64,000 nt of DNA from a phage. Under the pieces are notes generated by a model. It was given only the letters and a program-made list of their open reading frames with translations, ran no database searches and was not told the DNA's origin. This document shows, in pieces, positions 45,910 to 55,615 of the stretch. Position 1 is the first letter of the stretch. Every line of letters begins with the position of its first letter. Made by a program: the position numbers and the translations under genes. Where the stretch lies: assembly GCA_028130375.1 (NCBI GenBank), contig GCA_028130375.1_3658.1; one strand, 5' to 3'.

Positions 45910-48033
45910 TCAGCAACCACAACTTCCGTAGTGCTTAACTCGCTCGATAACTTCCGCTTGCTTACCTTTATTGTAAGGACGGGAGTTAGGACTGGAAAGG
46001 TATCCAGACACACGTCGAATTACACTGATCGTTCCCTCTTCATGGTTTCCACACTCTGGGCATACAAAGCCTTTAGCTGTTGCACTGAACTCACCAGAGA
46101 AACCACACTTGAGACATTTATCCACAGGTTGGTTAATACCAAAATACATAATGTGTTTATACCCGAAGTCAACAAGAGCCTCTAAAGCATCCAGGTTGTT
46201 TTTCAGGTTAGGTGTTTCTACGTATCCGATGTTGCCACCAGAGGAGATCATAGCAAAACCTTCCTCATACTCCCACTTATCAAAAGGAGAGCTATTTATC
46301 CATACTGGCTGATGGAAACTGTTGGTGAGATATTCATGCTCGTGCTTCAACACTTCCGGATATTCACGATCCAGACAGGTTGCAGCTTTATAGCATAGAC
46401 TCTCAGAAGGAGTGCCGTACAAGCTAAATGCTAGTCTACTTTCCTTCTTGTATCGCTCACAAGCATCTCTCATGTGCTGAAGGATTCCAAGAGCTAAAGC
46501 CTTGTCACCCTCTCTGCCCAAAATCTGACAGGTTTCATACACACCGATATACCCAATACTGATGGAAGCGTACCCGTCATAGAAGAGTTTATCAATACTC
46601 TCTTCAGGATCCAGGCGAGCAAGAGCGCCTTCACACCACATGATGGGGTTCTGCCCTGCCTTTGTTCCTTTTAGACGATTAACCCTTACAAGGTGAGCCT
46701 CGTATGCAAGATCCAAGTATTCGTCAAGAACTGCAAAGAAATCAACACCTTCCGTCTTGGCTTTTGCCGCAATCATTGGCAGGTTAAGGCTAACAACGCC
46801 TAAGTTAAATCTGCCAAGGTATTTCTCCTCGCCTGTTTCCAAGTCATTGTATTTGCTAAGAAAACTCCTGCAACCCATGCTAGTTACTTTGCCATCTGTC
46901 GAGCCTGTCACTTTTCTATTTAGTGGTACAGATACGAAGTCAGGATAGATACGTTCTGCACAGCATTCCAGAGCTAATCGTTTCAAATCATAGTTAGGAT
47001 CCCCAGGGTTCATGTTGACACCCTCTTCCAGGAAGAACAGCACTTTAGGGAACACAGGTGTGATACGTTCTTCACCAAGACCCATTTTGTGGACTTTCAG
47101 GTAGTTTTTGGTAATCATTCTACCAAAGACCGAGGTATCCAGTCCTAAACTCAATGTGATGAATGGAGTTTGCCCGTTGACAGAAGTTAACGTGTTGATT
47201 TGATAGAGCAAAGTCTGCATGCTGTCAAATACGTCTTTATCTGTCATTTGCATTGCAACAGTTTCAGCATCCGGCAACCAATGTTCCTGGCAAAATTTAA
47301 GGTTCTTCTCATAGGTTGCTTCAGCATACTGTGCCAGATAATGATCAATATGGCTCATAGTCTGACCACCATATTGAGCACTAGCTACCGCACTAGAGAT
47401 TTGGCTAAGGATTGTTGTTGCAACCCCTATTGACTTCGGCTTACTGACATGGGCGTTACCAATGTTGAATCCGTTTTCCAACATATCTGGATAATTTACC
47501 AAACAACAGTTTGTTAACGGACTGATCAAGTAGTCAAGATCATGCACATGGATGAATCCTTTATTGTGCTCTTCGGAGACACGGTCTGGCAGGATCTGTG
47601 TTGATGCAAGGTGTTTGCTAAGAATACCTGCAAGCAGGTCGCGATGAGTGTGTACATGATTAGTAGGCTTATTTGCGTTTTCTTTTGTAAATTCATCACA
47701 AGTTCGATCCAAGAAGCCACTAATATCTGCAAGCAGTTTTCCACCTGCCTCTCTGTTATTATCTCTTGTCTGTCTATACTGGATGTATTCTCTGGCTGCA
47801 CATTTTAAACCCATATCCATAAGAGCATCTTCAACAAGGATATGGATATTTTTTACAGAGATCGTGCACTGGTCGGTTGGTAGATTGTTAGCAACAACTT
47901 CATTAACCGCGCAGGCGATCCGGTAAGCTTCTTCTTCAGTATGTCCAGACTCAAGTAAGGCGGACTCTGCCGCCTTGATCACCTTAATTCCGTTATAGAA
48001 CTCTTCTCTACCGTCCCGTTTTACAACTTTCAC
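45910..48033 (-). CDS. nrdD: anaerobic ribonucleoside-triphosphate reductase (class III)
   Basis: 707 aa; N-terminal ATP-cone-like ..VVKRDGREEFYNG..; C-terminal zinc ribbon CLKCG..CPECG and glycyl-radical region ..IRRVSGYLS.. Confidence 0.88.
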   Translation of the reverse strand: MKVVKRDGREEFYNGIKVIKAAESALLESGHTEEEAYRIACAVNEVVANNLPTDQCTISVKNIHILVEDALMDMGLKCAAREYIQYRQTRDNNREAGGKLLADISGFLDRTCDEFTKENANKPTNHVHTHRDLLAGILSKHLASTQILPDRVSEEHNKGFIHVHDLDYLISPLTNCCLVNYPDMLENGFNIGNAHVSKPKSIGVATTILSQISSAVASAQYGGQTMSHIDHYLAQYAEATYEKNLKFCQEHWLPDAETVAMQMTDKDVFDSMQTLLYQINTLTSVNGQTPFITLSLGLDTSVFGRMITKNYLKVHKMGLGEERITPVFPKVLFFLEEGVNMNPGDPNYDLKRLALECCAERIYPDFVSVPLNRKVTGSTDGKVTSMGCRSFLSKYNDLETGEEKYLGRFNLGVVSLNLPMIAAKAKTEGVDFFAVLDEYLDLAYEAHLVRVNRLKGTKAGQNPIMWCEGALARLDPEESIDKLFYDGYASISIGYIGVYETCQILGREGDKALALGILQHMRDACERYKKESRLAFSLYGTPSESLCYKAATCLDREYPEVLKHEHEYLTNSFHQPVWINSSPFDKWEYEEGFAMISSGGNIGYVETPNLKNNLDALEALVDFGYKHIMYFGINQPVDKCLKCGFSGEFSATAKGFVCPECGNHEEGTISVIRRVSGYLSSPNSRPYNKGKQAEVIERVKHYGSCGC

Positions 48034-48308
48034 TTTTTCTCTCCAAAACCATTCTTAACAAAAGAGATGAAATCGTCGGCACCGCCTATATGGACACTGT
48101 CAAGATCGCTTTCTAAGAAGATCTGCGGCAACGTTCTGGGGACAATTGGACTGCACTTCTCAATAAGCTCTTCTTTTGTGTAGCCCTCGCCAAGTGTCTT
48201 ATATACAAAAGGCAGACCTTTGCTGATTGCAAATTCTTTTGCTCTGACACAATGTGGGCAGTTATCCTTACCGTAAATGATGATGAAAAAAGATTTTTCG
48301 CAGCTCAT
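48030..48308 (-). CDS. glutaredoxin/thioredoxin-like protein (CPHC active site)
   Basis: 92 aa; ..YGKDNCPHCVRAK.. and ..TLPQIF..IGGADDF.. typical of the glutaredoxin fold; between nrdB and nrdD. Confidence 0.7.
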   Translation of the reverse strand: MSCEKSFFIIIYGKDNCPHCVRAKEFAISKGLPFVYKTLGEGYTKEELIEKCSPIVPRTLPQIFLESDLDSVHIGGADDFISFVKNGFGEKK

Positions 48309-48311
48309 ATA

Positions 48312-49400
48312 TTAAAACTCCCAAATTTCTTCTTCAGCGTCGTTAACAGTTGTGTTGACGCGGTAGTCAGTGTTCGACATTTCTTGGTTCGCCGTCTGTT
48401 GTAATGAAGGTTTCATCCACACCTGCATAAACGGTAGCGGGTCCTTTGTTGGCGGCACAAAGTCTTTGTCGATGTCGTAGTAATCATAAATCGGTGAGCA
48501 GTTATAGTCAACCCACTCTTTAAGCAACGGTGAGTTAAGACCTATAATCGCTCTTCCTTCGCTGAAAATATAGTCACTCCAACCGTACTCTTTGGTTCGT
48601 ACTTCATCAAGAATCTCTTTTAACTCCCCCTTTATCTCAAGGAAGCTTTTCTCCCATGCGGGATCATTAAGCAAGATATCAATGATGGCAAAATCACCTT
48701 TCGAATGTAGCATTTCGTCAAGCATGATTTTTTGAACAAGCTGCGCCACCTGAACAAAGATACCCTGTTCAGCTACTGCGAAAGTGCATGCAAAACTTGC
48801 AATAAACTCAATACTTTCCAGAGCTAAAAGCGCAAAAAGCGCTCTAAGAATGCATTTCCGCACAATATCTTCTTCAACACTAGAAGGATCCAGGCGGTAT
48901 TTTGCACCAATAACCTCAAGCTCTTGCATGTATTTGACAATAACGCCGGATCTGCTCAGAACGTTTTGGTTTTCCTGAATCTCTTCTATAATCTCACGGG
49001 CATTGGGGAGGCATTGTCTAACAATCTCTGAGTAAGTTAGTGCGTGAAGAACTTCAATCTCTGACTGTTTCATCAATAGAGTGAAAAGCTCACTATTAGT
49101 GATGAATGGTGAAAAGAGGCAGATGATCGATCTTGCCGCAACGCTATCAGCCTCCCATTGCCACATCAAGGTCTGCACCATCACGTCATAAGTTGACTTT
49201 GAGCATGTTACAAAATCTGAAATAGATTGCGACAAATCCACTTCATCCTCTGCCCAATCTTGCTCTTTTTGTTTTTTGTATAGTTCAAACAGTTGTGGAT
49301 ATTTTTTGTTGATAGAGTCGTACATACCCATTTGCTGTCCCAGAAACAGCGGATAGTCACCAGTTTTATGAGCGGTGTTCTCAGCATTAAATACAGCCAT
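48312..49400 (-). CDS. nrdB: ribonucleotide reductase small subunit (class Ia)
   Basis: Ferritin-like ORF next to nrdA; ATG 49400 (MAVFNAEN..) behind GAGGTAGA chosen over the upstream start at 49460 that overlaps nrdA. Confidence 0.8.
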   Translation of the reverse strand: MAVFNAENTAHKTGDYPLFLGQQMGMYDSINKKYPQLFELYKKQKEQDWAEDEVDLSQSISDFVTCSKSTYDVMVQTLMWQWEADSVAARSIICLFSPFITNSELFTLLMKQSEIEVLHALTYSEIVRQCLPNAREIIEEIQENQNVLSRSGVIVKYMQELEVIGAKYRLDPSSVEEDIVRKCILRALFALLALESIEFIASFACTFAVAEQGIFVQVAQLVQKIMLDEMLHSKGDFAIIDILLNDPAWEKSFLEIKGELKEILDEVRTKEYGWSDYIFSEGRAIIGLNSPLLKEWVDYNCSPIYDYYDIDKDFVPPTKDPLPFMQVWMKPSLQQTANQEMSNTDYRVNTTVNDAEEEIWEF

Positions 49401-49417
49401 TATTCTACCTCTAAAAT

Positions 49418-49431
49418 GGGGCCGAAGCCCC
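49418..49431 (-). terminator. terminator-like hairpin between nrdA and nrdB (GGGGC-UUCG-GCCCC)
   Basis: GC stem with UUCG-type loop and weak T-tract on the minus strand; may act as an attenuator. Confidence 0.35.
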
Positions 49432-49438
49432 TTTAAAA

Positions 49439-51754
49439 TTATAGTGCACAGCTTTCGCAATACGGATCTTCAACTGAACTATCTGCAATCAAAGGATAGT
49501 TCTTTCTGGTTTCATCTTCAGCCTGTTTCTTGGCATGAAGTTCCTCTGCCAAGGAGTCACCAGCACCAACCCTAGAGTTTAAATAATACCATGTCTTCAT
49601 CCCGAATTTAGTGGCACGGATAAGGTACCCTAACTGCTCCTTCATTGAAATTTTACCATCTTTCAACTTGGTGTAGTCTATGTATAAATCCGCGCTGATT
49701 GCCTGACCTGTGAATTTTTGAATCACGGCATACATATCGATCATGTCGTTAGTATCAACGTCCCAAGCCGAGGTGTAATACTCTTTCAACTCATCATAGT
49801 CAGGAACGATAAACAGCACCTGCCCTTGTGGCGACTTTTTAAAGATAATGTGCTCACGGACAGGATAAACCCCGTTAGTGGTGTTTGTTGCCAGCGAAGA
49901 GCTTTCATTAGGCATATATGCTTCAAGAACGCTATTACGTAGCCCACCATTCTCAATGATTTCTTTACGTAACCCTTCCCAATCCTGTTTAAGAGAAGGA
50001 TCTTTCACCACGCTATCGACCTCTTTGTTATAGGTGTCGATTGGTAACCAACCTTCTGGATATTTTGTTTTATGCATCCACTCGCAGACACCACGCTCTT
50101 TTGCCAACCGTAAACTTGCCTTATGCAAGCTGTAGCTGTGAAGTTCTGCAAGATCGTGAACGAGCTGTTTACTTTCAGGAGACCCGTAAGTAACCTTGTG
50201 GCTGGCAATAAAATGTGCAACATTGGTAAGGCCAACCCCGATGGATCTGCGTTTTTTAACTGTGCTTTCCATATTTTCATACGGATATGTCATGATTTCC
50301 ATAACATTGTCAATCATAAGCACCGTATAGTATGCAACATCCTCATACTCCTCTGGAGTAACCCTCCCAGCTACAAGAGATGACAGGAAGCACAATGCAA
50401 CCTCTCCATCATCAGCATCGTACTTGAAGATATTACGCATATCTGAATAGCCTTTTGTCGGGAGGGCTATTTCTGCACACAGGTTGCTTGAATAGATCAC
50501 ATCTTTAAAAGGTGTATGTCTATTCATCTCATCTGTCCAGTATACGTACAGCCTTCCCACCTCAGTGCGCTGCGTGATCAGTTCAACAGCAAGATCTCTA
50601 GCTCGGATCCATGTTTTAGGAATACTGTCATCTTTAGCAATACGATCAACCTCTGCATCAAACTCCTCCATAGACATGGTGAAGATACCCTCATGCAGTT
50701 GAGGCGCGTGCTTATAAGAAACAAGCATCCAATCTAAATTCTTAGCCACACGGTTGATAAACGACCTATTAATACCGATGGAGTAGTCCATGGTGTTGAT
50801 TCTTTTTGAAGCAACAGTCATAGGGTTTCTCAAACGGATTAGCTCATCAATCTGCGGGTCCAGTGCAAGGAATGATACTGTTGCAGAACCACCACGTGAT
50901 TGTTGTCTGTTCTCCTTAACCCCAGCATCAATACCTCGATAATATGGAATCTTACCCATATGTTTAATAGTGTTACCACGAACACCATCGCCTGCAGATC
51001 TTGAGGATAAGTAGTAGCCGATACCTGCTTGGTTAACCGTCATTGTGTACGCAACTTCACGTGCCACACCAATAGATTTTGCTGTATCGTCAGCTTTTAT
51101 TACACAACAAGATGCATACCCTGTCTTACCTGTGCGCAGCCCGTTTAAGTACGGTGTTGGGGCATTGATCTTTAAGTCGGACAGATAAGTGTACAATTTT
51201 ACAACATCGTTGATACGACGTTCTTTCGGCATATTCTTCATGACAGCCATTGCTATCCCCATAAACATCATCTGGGGAGATTCAAACAAGGTGTCTTTAA
51301 GAGTATCCTTGATCCCGTATTTGTCGCGAAACTGTTTAAGGACTGCATAGCCATAACCGAGATCTTTACTGTGGTCAATAACAGCGTCTAAAGTGTTTAG
51401 CTCGGTAAAGCTATAACCCATATCCTCCCAATAACCTTTCTCAACCATGTCATTGTAAAATGATGGTAAGGAAGGGATCTTTGTAAACCCTCCAAAAGCC
51501 TCTTTATAGATCTGACCAATAAGAACACGACCAGCCATACGGGAATGTGCTTCGTCTTTACGGCTAACACAAGAGTCTATAATAGCTTGGTTAACTTCTT
51601 TGGTTGTACATCCATCATACAACCGCTTGTAGGCATCCAGTGCAATATGTGACCAATTGCCGTTACCATCGTCACCGAAAATAGCTGCCTTATTTAAACG
51701 TTCTGGATCGAATGCCACTTCACATCCGTTGCTTTTAATTACCTTGGTGATCAA
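49439..51754 (-). CDS. nrdA: ribonucleotide reductase large subunit (class Ia)
   Basis: 771 aa; N-terminal ATP-cone-like ..KVIKSNGCEVAFDPERL..; C-terminal ..CESCAL redox tail. Confidence 0.9.
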   Translation of the reverse strand: MITKVIKSNGCEVAFDPERLNKAAIFGDDGNGNWSHIALDAYKRLYDGCTTKEVNQAIIDSCVSRKDEAHSRMAGRVLIGQIYKEAFGGFTKIPSLPSFYNDMVEKGYWEDMGYSFTELNTLDAVIDHSKDLGYGYAVLKQFRDKYGIKDTLKDTLFESPQMMFMGIAMAVMKNMPKERRINDVVKLYTYLSDLKINAPTPYLNGLRTGKTGYASCCVIKADDTAKSIGVAREVAYTMTVNQAGIGYYLSSRSAGDGVRGNTIKHMGKIPYYRGIDAGVKENRQQSRGGSATVSFLALDPQIDELIRLRNPMTVASKRINTMDYSIGINRSFINRVAKNLDWMLVSYKHAPQLHEGIFTMSMEEFDAEVDRIAKDDSIPKTWIRARDLAVELITQRTEVGRLYVYWTDEMNRHTPFKDVIYSSNLCAEIALPTKGYSDMRNIFKYDADDGEVALCFLSSLVAGRVTPEEYEDVAYYTVLMIDNVMEIMTYPYENMESTVKKRRSIGVGLTNVAHFIASHKVTYGSPESKQLVHDLAELHSYSLHKASLRLAKERGVCEWMHKTKYPEGWLPIDTYNKEVDSVVKDPSLKQDWEGLRKEIIENGGLRNSVLEAYMPNESSSLATNTTNGVYPVREHIIFKKSPQGQVLFIVPDYDELKEYYTSAWDVDTNDMIDMYAVIQKFTGQAISADLYIDYTKLKDGKISMKEQLGYLIRATKFGMKTWYYLNSRVGAGDSLAEELHAKKQAEDETRKNYPLIADSSVEDPYCESCAL

Positions 51755-51981
51755 TTTGCTTCCTCCACTTCACTAACGTATTTATCAAGGCAGGTATCAG
51801 TATCTTGCTGGATAAAAGTATCCTCTTCTACAGAGATATTTATAATTTTACCTGTATACTCGTCATAATAGACATCATCATACATTTTAATATCGTTTGT
51901 CAGGCCATTGAACCAAAGCCAACCAACATACTCTGCCCGACTTGCAAAACCAAGATCCTTCCACTTGGAGTTATGACTCAT
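51751..51981 (-). CDS. hypothetical protein
   Basis: ATG 51981 behind AAGGTGGTG chosen over the longer track ORF. Confidence 0.45.
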   Translation of the reverse strand: MSHNSKWKDLGFASRAEYVGWLWFNGLTNDIKMYDDVYYDEYTGKIINISVEEDTFIQQDTDTCLDKYVSEVEEAN

Positions 51982-51991
51982 CTTCACCACC

Positions 51992-52465
51992 TTAGCTTTC
52001 AATACCGAATAATTTTTCCAGGCGATGCAGATCTTCAAAATTGAAAGGTTCATCAACAATATGAATATCTTCAGCCTTTTCAGATTGTTTTGTATACTTT
52101 CTTACATTAACACGATCCTCTACAGGGATATCATACGGGAGATCTTGAACAAGCATTGCCTCACCAGGTGCTTTATCTACATCTAAAATATCTACACCGT
52201 TATACATTTGTGGGTATCTAAAGTCTGCACGCATGACACCAGCAAATACATCTGCCTTTCGATAATGTGTTGGCTTATTTTTGCATCGAACGTTTTTTCC
52301 ACGAAGAACATCAATACTTTTTAAATCAAACCCTACGGCAAAGAGTGCAGCTCGGAGACCGTTTCGTGTGCGAACGTTAAACCCGGGGACGGTAGATAGA
52401 AAATCTAAAGTAACTGAAATAAATGTCTTTTTAGGAATCATAACATTACTCATATCTGTCTCCAT
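51992..52465 (-). CDS. hypothetical protein
   Basis: Start moved to ATG 52465 (SD GGTGAG) because a promoter -10 box abuts the track start at 52492. Confidence 0.4.
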   Translation of the reverse strand: METDMSNVMIPKKTFISVTLDFLSTVPGFNVRTRNGLRAALFAVGFDLKSIDVLRGKNVRCKNKPTHYRKADVFAGVMRADFRYPQMYNGVDILDVDKAPGEAMLVQDLPYDIPVEDRVNVRKYTKQSEKAEDIHIVDEPFNFEDLHRLEKLFGIES

Positions 52466-52493
52466 TTCTGGCTCACCAACAAAGTGAGCCATT

Positions 52494-52522
52494 ATTATAG
52501 ATTATCTAATACTATTAGTCAA
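52494..52522 (-). promoter_or_regulatory. sigma70-like promoter on minus strand (TTGACT-17-TATAAT)
   Basis: AGTCAA at 52517-52522 and ATTATA at 52494-52499 on the plus strand. Confidence 0.5.
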
Positions 52523-52551
52523 CACAAAAGTTACCTATCGCTGTGATAGGA

Positions 52552-53535
52552 TTAACCTTTCACGAAGTGGTTATTAAGCAGTTGTCTGTGCTGAACCCAC
52601 CCACAAAAGTTGGCAGACCAGAATTTACCATCACGGTCTTGATGGGTTACACCTTCCTGCCAAGTACTGATGTCTTGTGTGATTTCACATGAAGACAGGT
52701 AGTAGTTTAAACGTTCCATTGCGTTATCGTGATCCATAGGTGTTGCCTGGTGCTCGTAAGGGCTTGCATGAATACGATCCCCACCAATCAATTTTTTAGC
52801 CACACTATCTGCCTTTTCAAACGTGCTGTCAATATTTCGATAAGATACTTGTGCACAGCAACTAGCACTGATAGACAGAGCTTCTTTAGTATCGAGAATG
52901 CAGAGCTTTCCTTCTGTGTCACGTACAGCGTAGTTAAACTCTCCGTCCAAATAAACGTGCTCTACATATGGGGTGTGCCATTGACCCGGTTTAAGGATTT
53001 CAGGAGTGCTATTCTCAAGAGCCTCCCACATACAATTAGCTAACATCTGAATCGTAGGATCCGCATCGTGCCAGCAACGGAGGTGGAAAAAATTATTCCA
53101 CTCGGTGCTTGTTACAACTGTTTTCATGCGCTGGAACGGCTCCACTAAGCGGTTACATACTTGCTTATGGTAACCAGCAAGGGCGAACTTCTCTGCATGC
53201 CAAGCGGCGTTTTTTGCAGCTTCTTTCCAAAACTCTTCAGGAGTTAGCTCCATGTCAGTGTACTCTACACGGATCTTTTGATCGTGTTCCCCACCATCTT
53301 CCATTCCTCGCTTATTTACACCGAAGCGAACTGGCATTGCCGGATTCTCCACAATCTGTTGCAGCATCTTGCCGACAGGTACTGCACGGGAAGACATGGC
53401 GTTTCGGCTGAACACTCGGTGCGTCATAAGCTCTGAGTGAATAATTCGAGGATACTCTAGTTCAAAAGTGGTGATACGCTTACCTTTCTCGGAAATGCTG
53501 TCAGCAATAATCTTTGCAGTGCACAGTTTTAGCAT
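52552..53535 (-). CDS. ThyX-like (flavin-dependent thymidylate synthase family) protein, divergent
   Basis: 327 aa; ..TTFELEYPRIIHSELMTHRVFSRNAMSSRA.. aligns by eye with the ThyX core ..[30 protein letters not shown].. but RHR is THR and SxRY is SSRA. Confidence 0.45.
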   Translation of the reverse strand: MLKLCTAKIIADSISEKGKRITTFELEYPRIIHSELMTHRVFSRNAMSSRAVPVGKMLQQIVENPAMPVRFGVNKRGMEDGGEHDQKIRVEYTDMELTPEEFWKEAAKNAAWHAEKFALAGYHKQVCNRLVEPFQRMKTVVTSTEWNNFFHLRCWHDADPTIQMLANCMWEALENSTPEILKPGQWHTPYVEHVYLDGEFNYAVRDTEGKLCILDTKEALSISASCCAQVSYRNIDSTFEKADSVAKKLIGGDRIHASPYEHQATPMDHDNAMERLNYYLSSCEITQDISTWQEGVTHQDRDGKFWSANFCGWVQHRQLLNNHFVKG

Positions 53536-53735
53536 TATTTAGCTCTCCTTGTTTTAATTTTGGAAATTTCGTCTGGGTTTATGTTGGCCTTAAATGCAAG
53601 GTATCTGTTGAACATGTCAGAGCACATATCTTGGGTGATCCTAGAGGCATACACTAGCTTACCTCCTAGATCATACACCTCTAGCCAGTCACCGTATCTG
53701 ACTACAGGATCGCCACCTTTAGAACATCTGCCCAT
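53535..53735 (-). CDS. hypothetical protein
   Basis: 66 aa ORF. Confidence 0.45.
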   Translation of the reverse strand: MGRCSKGGDPVVRYGDWLEVYDLGGKLVYASRITQDMCSDMFNRYLAFKANINPDEISKIKTRRAK

Positions 53736-53736
53736 T

Positions 53737-54330
53737 TCAAATACCTTCTAAAAATTTTCCTATTTTATACCAGCTATTAGCGGTATAGTCAACACTGACC
53801 TTTAACTCCTCGAATTGCTCATAAGGCGTATCTTTTAGGATTTTAATAACTTCAGGTCGTGAAGCGAATTGGTTCAGGTATTCATGCCTGTCGTCAATTA
53901 TAACATCTACAGCCACATTCCCTTTGAAATGTGTGGCGTAGAAGCCGTGGCCCTGGGTGTGATCGTCCAGATCCATAAAATCACTGGTCCAACGCTTTAA
54001 GAACCTTGATTTAGATGCAAGGTGACCTTTCTTGCATACCGAGATAAATGCAAGCTTGTGACCACGAGCCACCAAATCTTTCATAACCTCAATAGCCCCC
54101 TCTTCAGGCTTAAGGAAGTCGTAGAGGAACGGATCACTCCAGAAATCAAAAGGTCCTATGATGTTTTCTTTGGGACGATCAGGCCAATACTTTGACAGAT
54201 CGTAATACATTAACCCATTAGAAGGTTTAGCTACTGTCTTACTGGCTGGACCATACAAACGCTCCAACCACTCCCACCATGCTGTTCCTGAATCTACCAG
54301 TGTCAGATCTACATCAATTCCGATTAACAT
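53737..54330 (-). CDS. HAD-superfamily hydrolase, putative 5'(3')-deoxyribonucleotidase
   Basis: 197 aa; N-terminal MLIGIDVDLTLVD (DxDxT motif I). Confidence 0.55.
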   Translation of the reverse strand: MLIGIDVDLTLVDSGTAWWEWLERLYGPASKTVAKPSNGLMYYDLSKYWPDRPKENIIGPFDFWSDPFLYDFLKPEEGAIEVMKDLVARGHKLAFISVCKKGHLASKSRFLKRWTSDFMDLDDHTQGHGFYATHFKGNVAVDVIIDDRHEYLNQFASRPEVIKILKDTPYEQFEELKVSVDYTANSWYKIGKFLEGI

Positions 54331-54938
54331 TCTTCTTGGGCCTCTTTAGCATCAATATACTTGCACACAATCTCCGATGCACACTCCCAAGGTGCACCTT
54401 CAGGGTTTACAACATCAAACTCAACCCCTTTTATTCCGTTCTTTTCCAGACTTAGATAGGTTCTGGAATCATTTCCCCAGTCATATCCTACACGGTGAAT
54501 ACGGAACAACAACAGATCTCCACCTGTGCTGTATGCGTACTCGCTAAGGCATGCCAGCTCCTCTTTGAATCCCCCATCGGAGTAAACAATAACCCCTTTA
54601 CCTTCAGGGAAATCTTTCTTCAAAGATGCGACTGCGGCTTTACCGAAAGCATCTTCACCAAAGATAGGTTTAATCAGATTTTCACTACAATGGATCATCC
54701 ATTCTCGCGGAGAAACATGCTTGCCGTCTATCATTAAGAAAGGGCAAGGCTCTTCTTTGTAGTGGCGGTCATAAAGTGCATTCCAGAGTTGAGGAGTTAC
54801 ACCAGCTGCCTTAATTGCCACACTGAAGAGCATTTCCTTAACCTCACGGTGGTGTGAGTTAGGAATAGCTTCCAACAAGAGATCTGCAATGTGATCCTTA
54901 CCACTGCTGGGTGGGGCGTTAAGAACAATAATATCCAT
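54324..54938 (-). CDS. deoxynucleoside monophosphate kinase (T4 gp1-like)
   Basis: 204 aa; N-terminal P-loop MDIIVLNAPPSSGKDHIADLL resembles T4 dNMP kinase MKLIFLSGVKRSGKDTTADFI. Confidence 0.65.
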   Translation of the reverse strand: MDIIVLNAPPSSGKDHIADLLLEAIPNSHHREVKEMLFSVAIKAAGVTPQLWNALYDRHYKEEPCPFLMIDGKHVSPREWMIHCSENLIKPIFGEDAFGKAAVASLKKDFPEGKGVIVYSDGGFKEELACLSEYAYSTGGDLLLFRIHRVGYDWGNDSRTYLSLEKNGIKGVEFDVVNPEGAPWECASEIVCKYIDAKEAQEEC

Positions 54939-55141
54939 TAAAAACCTCCGTGGTATTCTTCAACTGCATCAATAATACTTTTACACTTATCTACCAGCTC
55001 GTTAGCCACTACAGCATCGTCTTCCCAAACAGCCTCCTCAATCTGATCAAGCAATGATCGCATCTTACTCATCATTTCTGGGATAAAGTTTTCTGAAAAG
55101 CTGTCTGGAATTGTTAACTCTAGTGTCATTTCGGTCTCCAA
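54938..55141 (-). CDS. hypothetical acidic protein
   Basis: 67 aa ORF. Confidence 0.45.
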   Translation of the reverse strand: METEMTLELTIPDSFSENFIPEMMSKMRSLLDQIEEAVWEDDAVVANELVDKCKSIIDAVEEYHGGF

Positions 55142-55156
55142 TCATACTATGCGTTA

Positions 55157-55615
55157 TTAGAAGTTTGTTTTTACACGTCCCTTCTCATCAACCTCGTTGT
55201 TAGCTAAAAGCGTTACAAAGTCTGTGAAACGAACATGAAGAACCCTTTTCTTATCAAGGTATCCTAAAGCCACCCCTGAGAAATTTAGCATCAAAGGGGC
55301 TAAAGAAGCTCTGGCACTGAAATGCTGTTGTTCTACCCTTCCAACACCCTTAGTGTAGGATGGGTTAAGATTGTAAGTTCTGAATCCCAGTTTTGTTGGA
55401 GCTTTAGAATTAAAAACGACTTTATAGCGTTTCTTACTCAACTTATGCTCCAGGATAAGCATTCCCTTATCACCTTTGATAAGTTGAAAATCTGTAAAGT
55501 GCTCTTTTAAGACGAAAGGTAGTGCCAGTCCCATCGCCTGTCCTCTTTGTACCGCTGTCTCACCAAAAGCTTTTGCATCAGTAAGTTCTTTGGTCAAGTC
55601 TATGCTTTTGATCAT
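55157..55615 (-). CDS. hypothetical protein
   Basis: 152 aa ORF. Confidence 0.5.
   Translation of the reverse strand: MIKSIDLTKELTDAKAFGETAVQRGQAMGLALPFVLKEHFTDFQLIKGDKGMLILEHKLSKKRYKVVFNSKAPTKLGFRTYNLNPSYTKGVGRVEQQHFSARASLAPLMLNFSGVALGYLDKKRVLHVRFTDFVTLLANNEVDEKGRVKTNF

Noticed and set aside
51992-52492. dUTPase or dCTP deaminase assignment for this ORF
   Set aside because: An RxxGL stretch looked like dUTPase motif 2, but motifs 1, 3 and 5 are not present in the right order; left as hypothetical.
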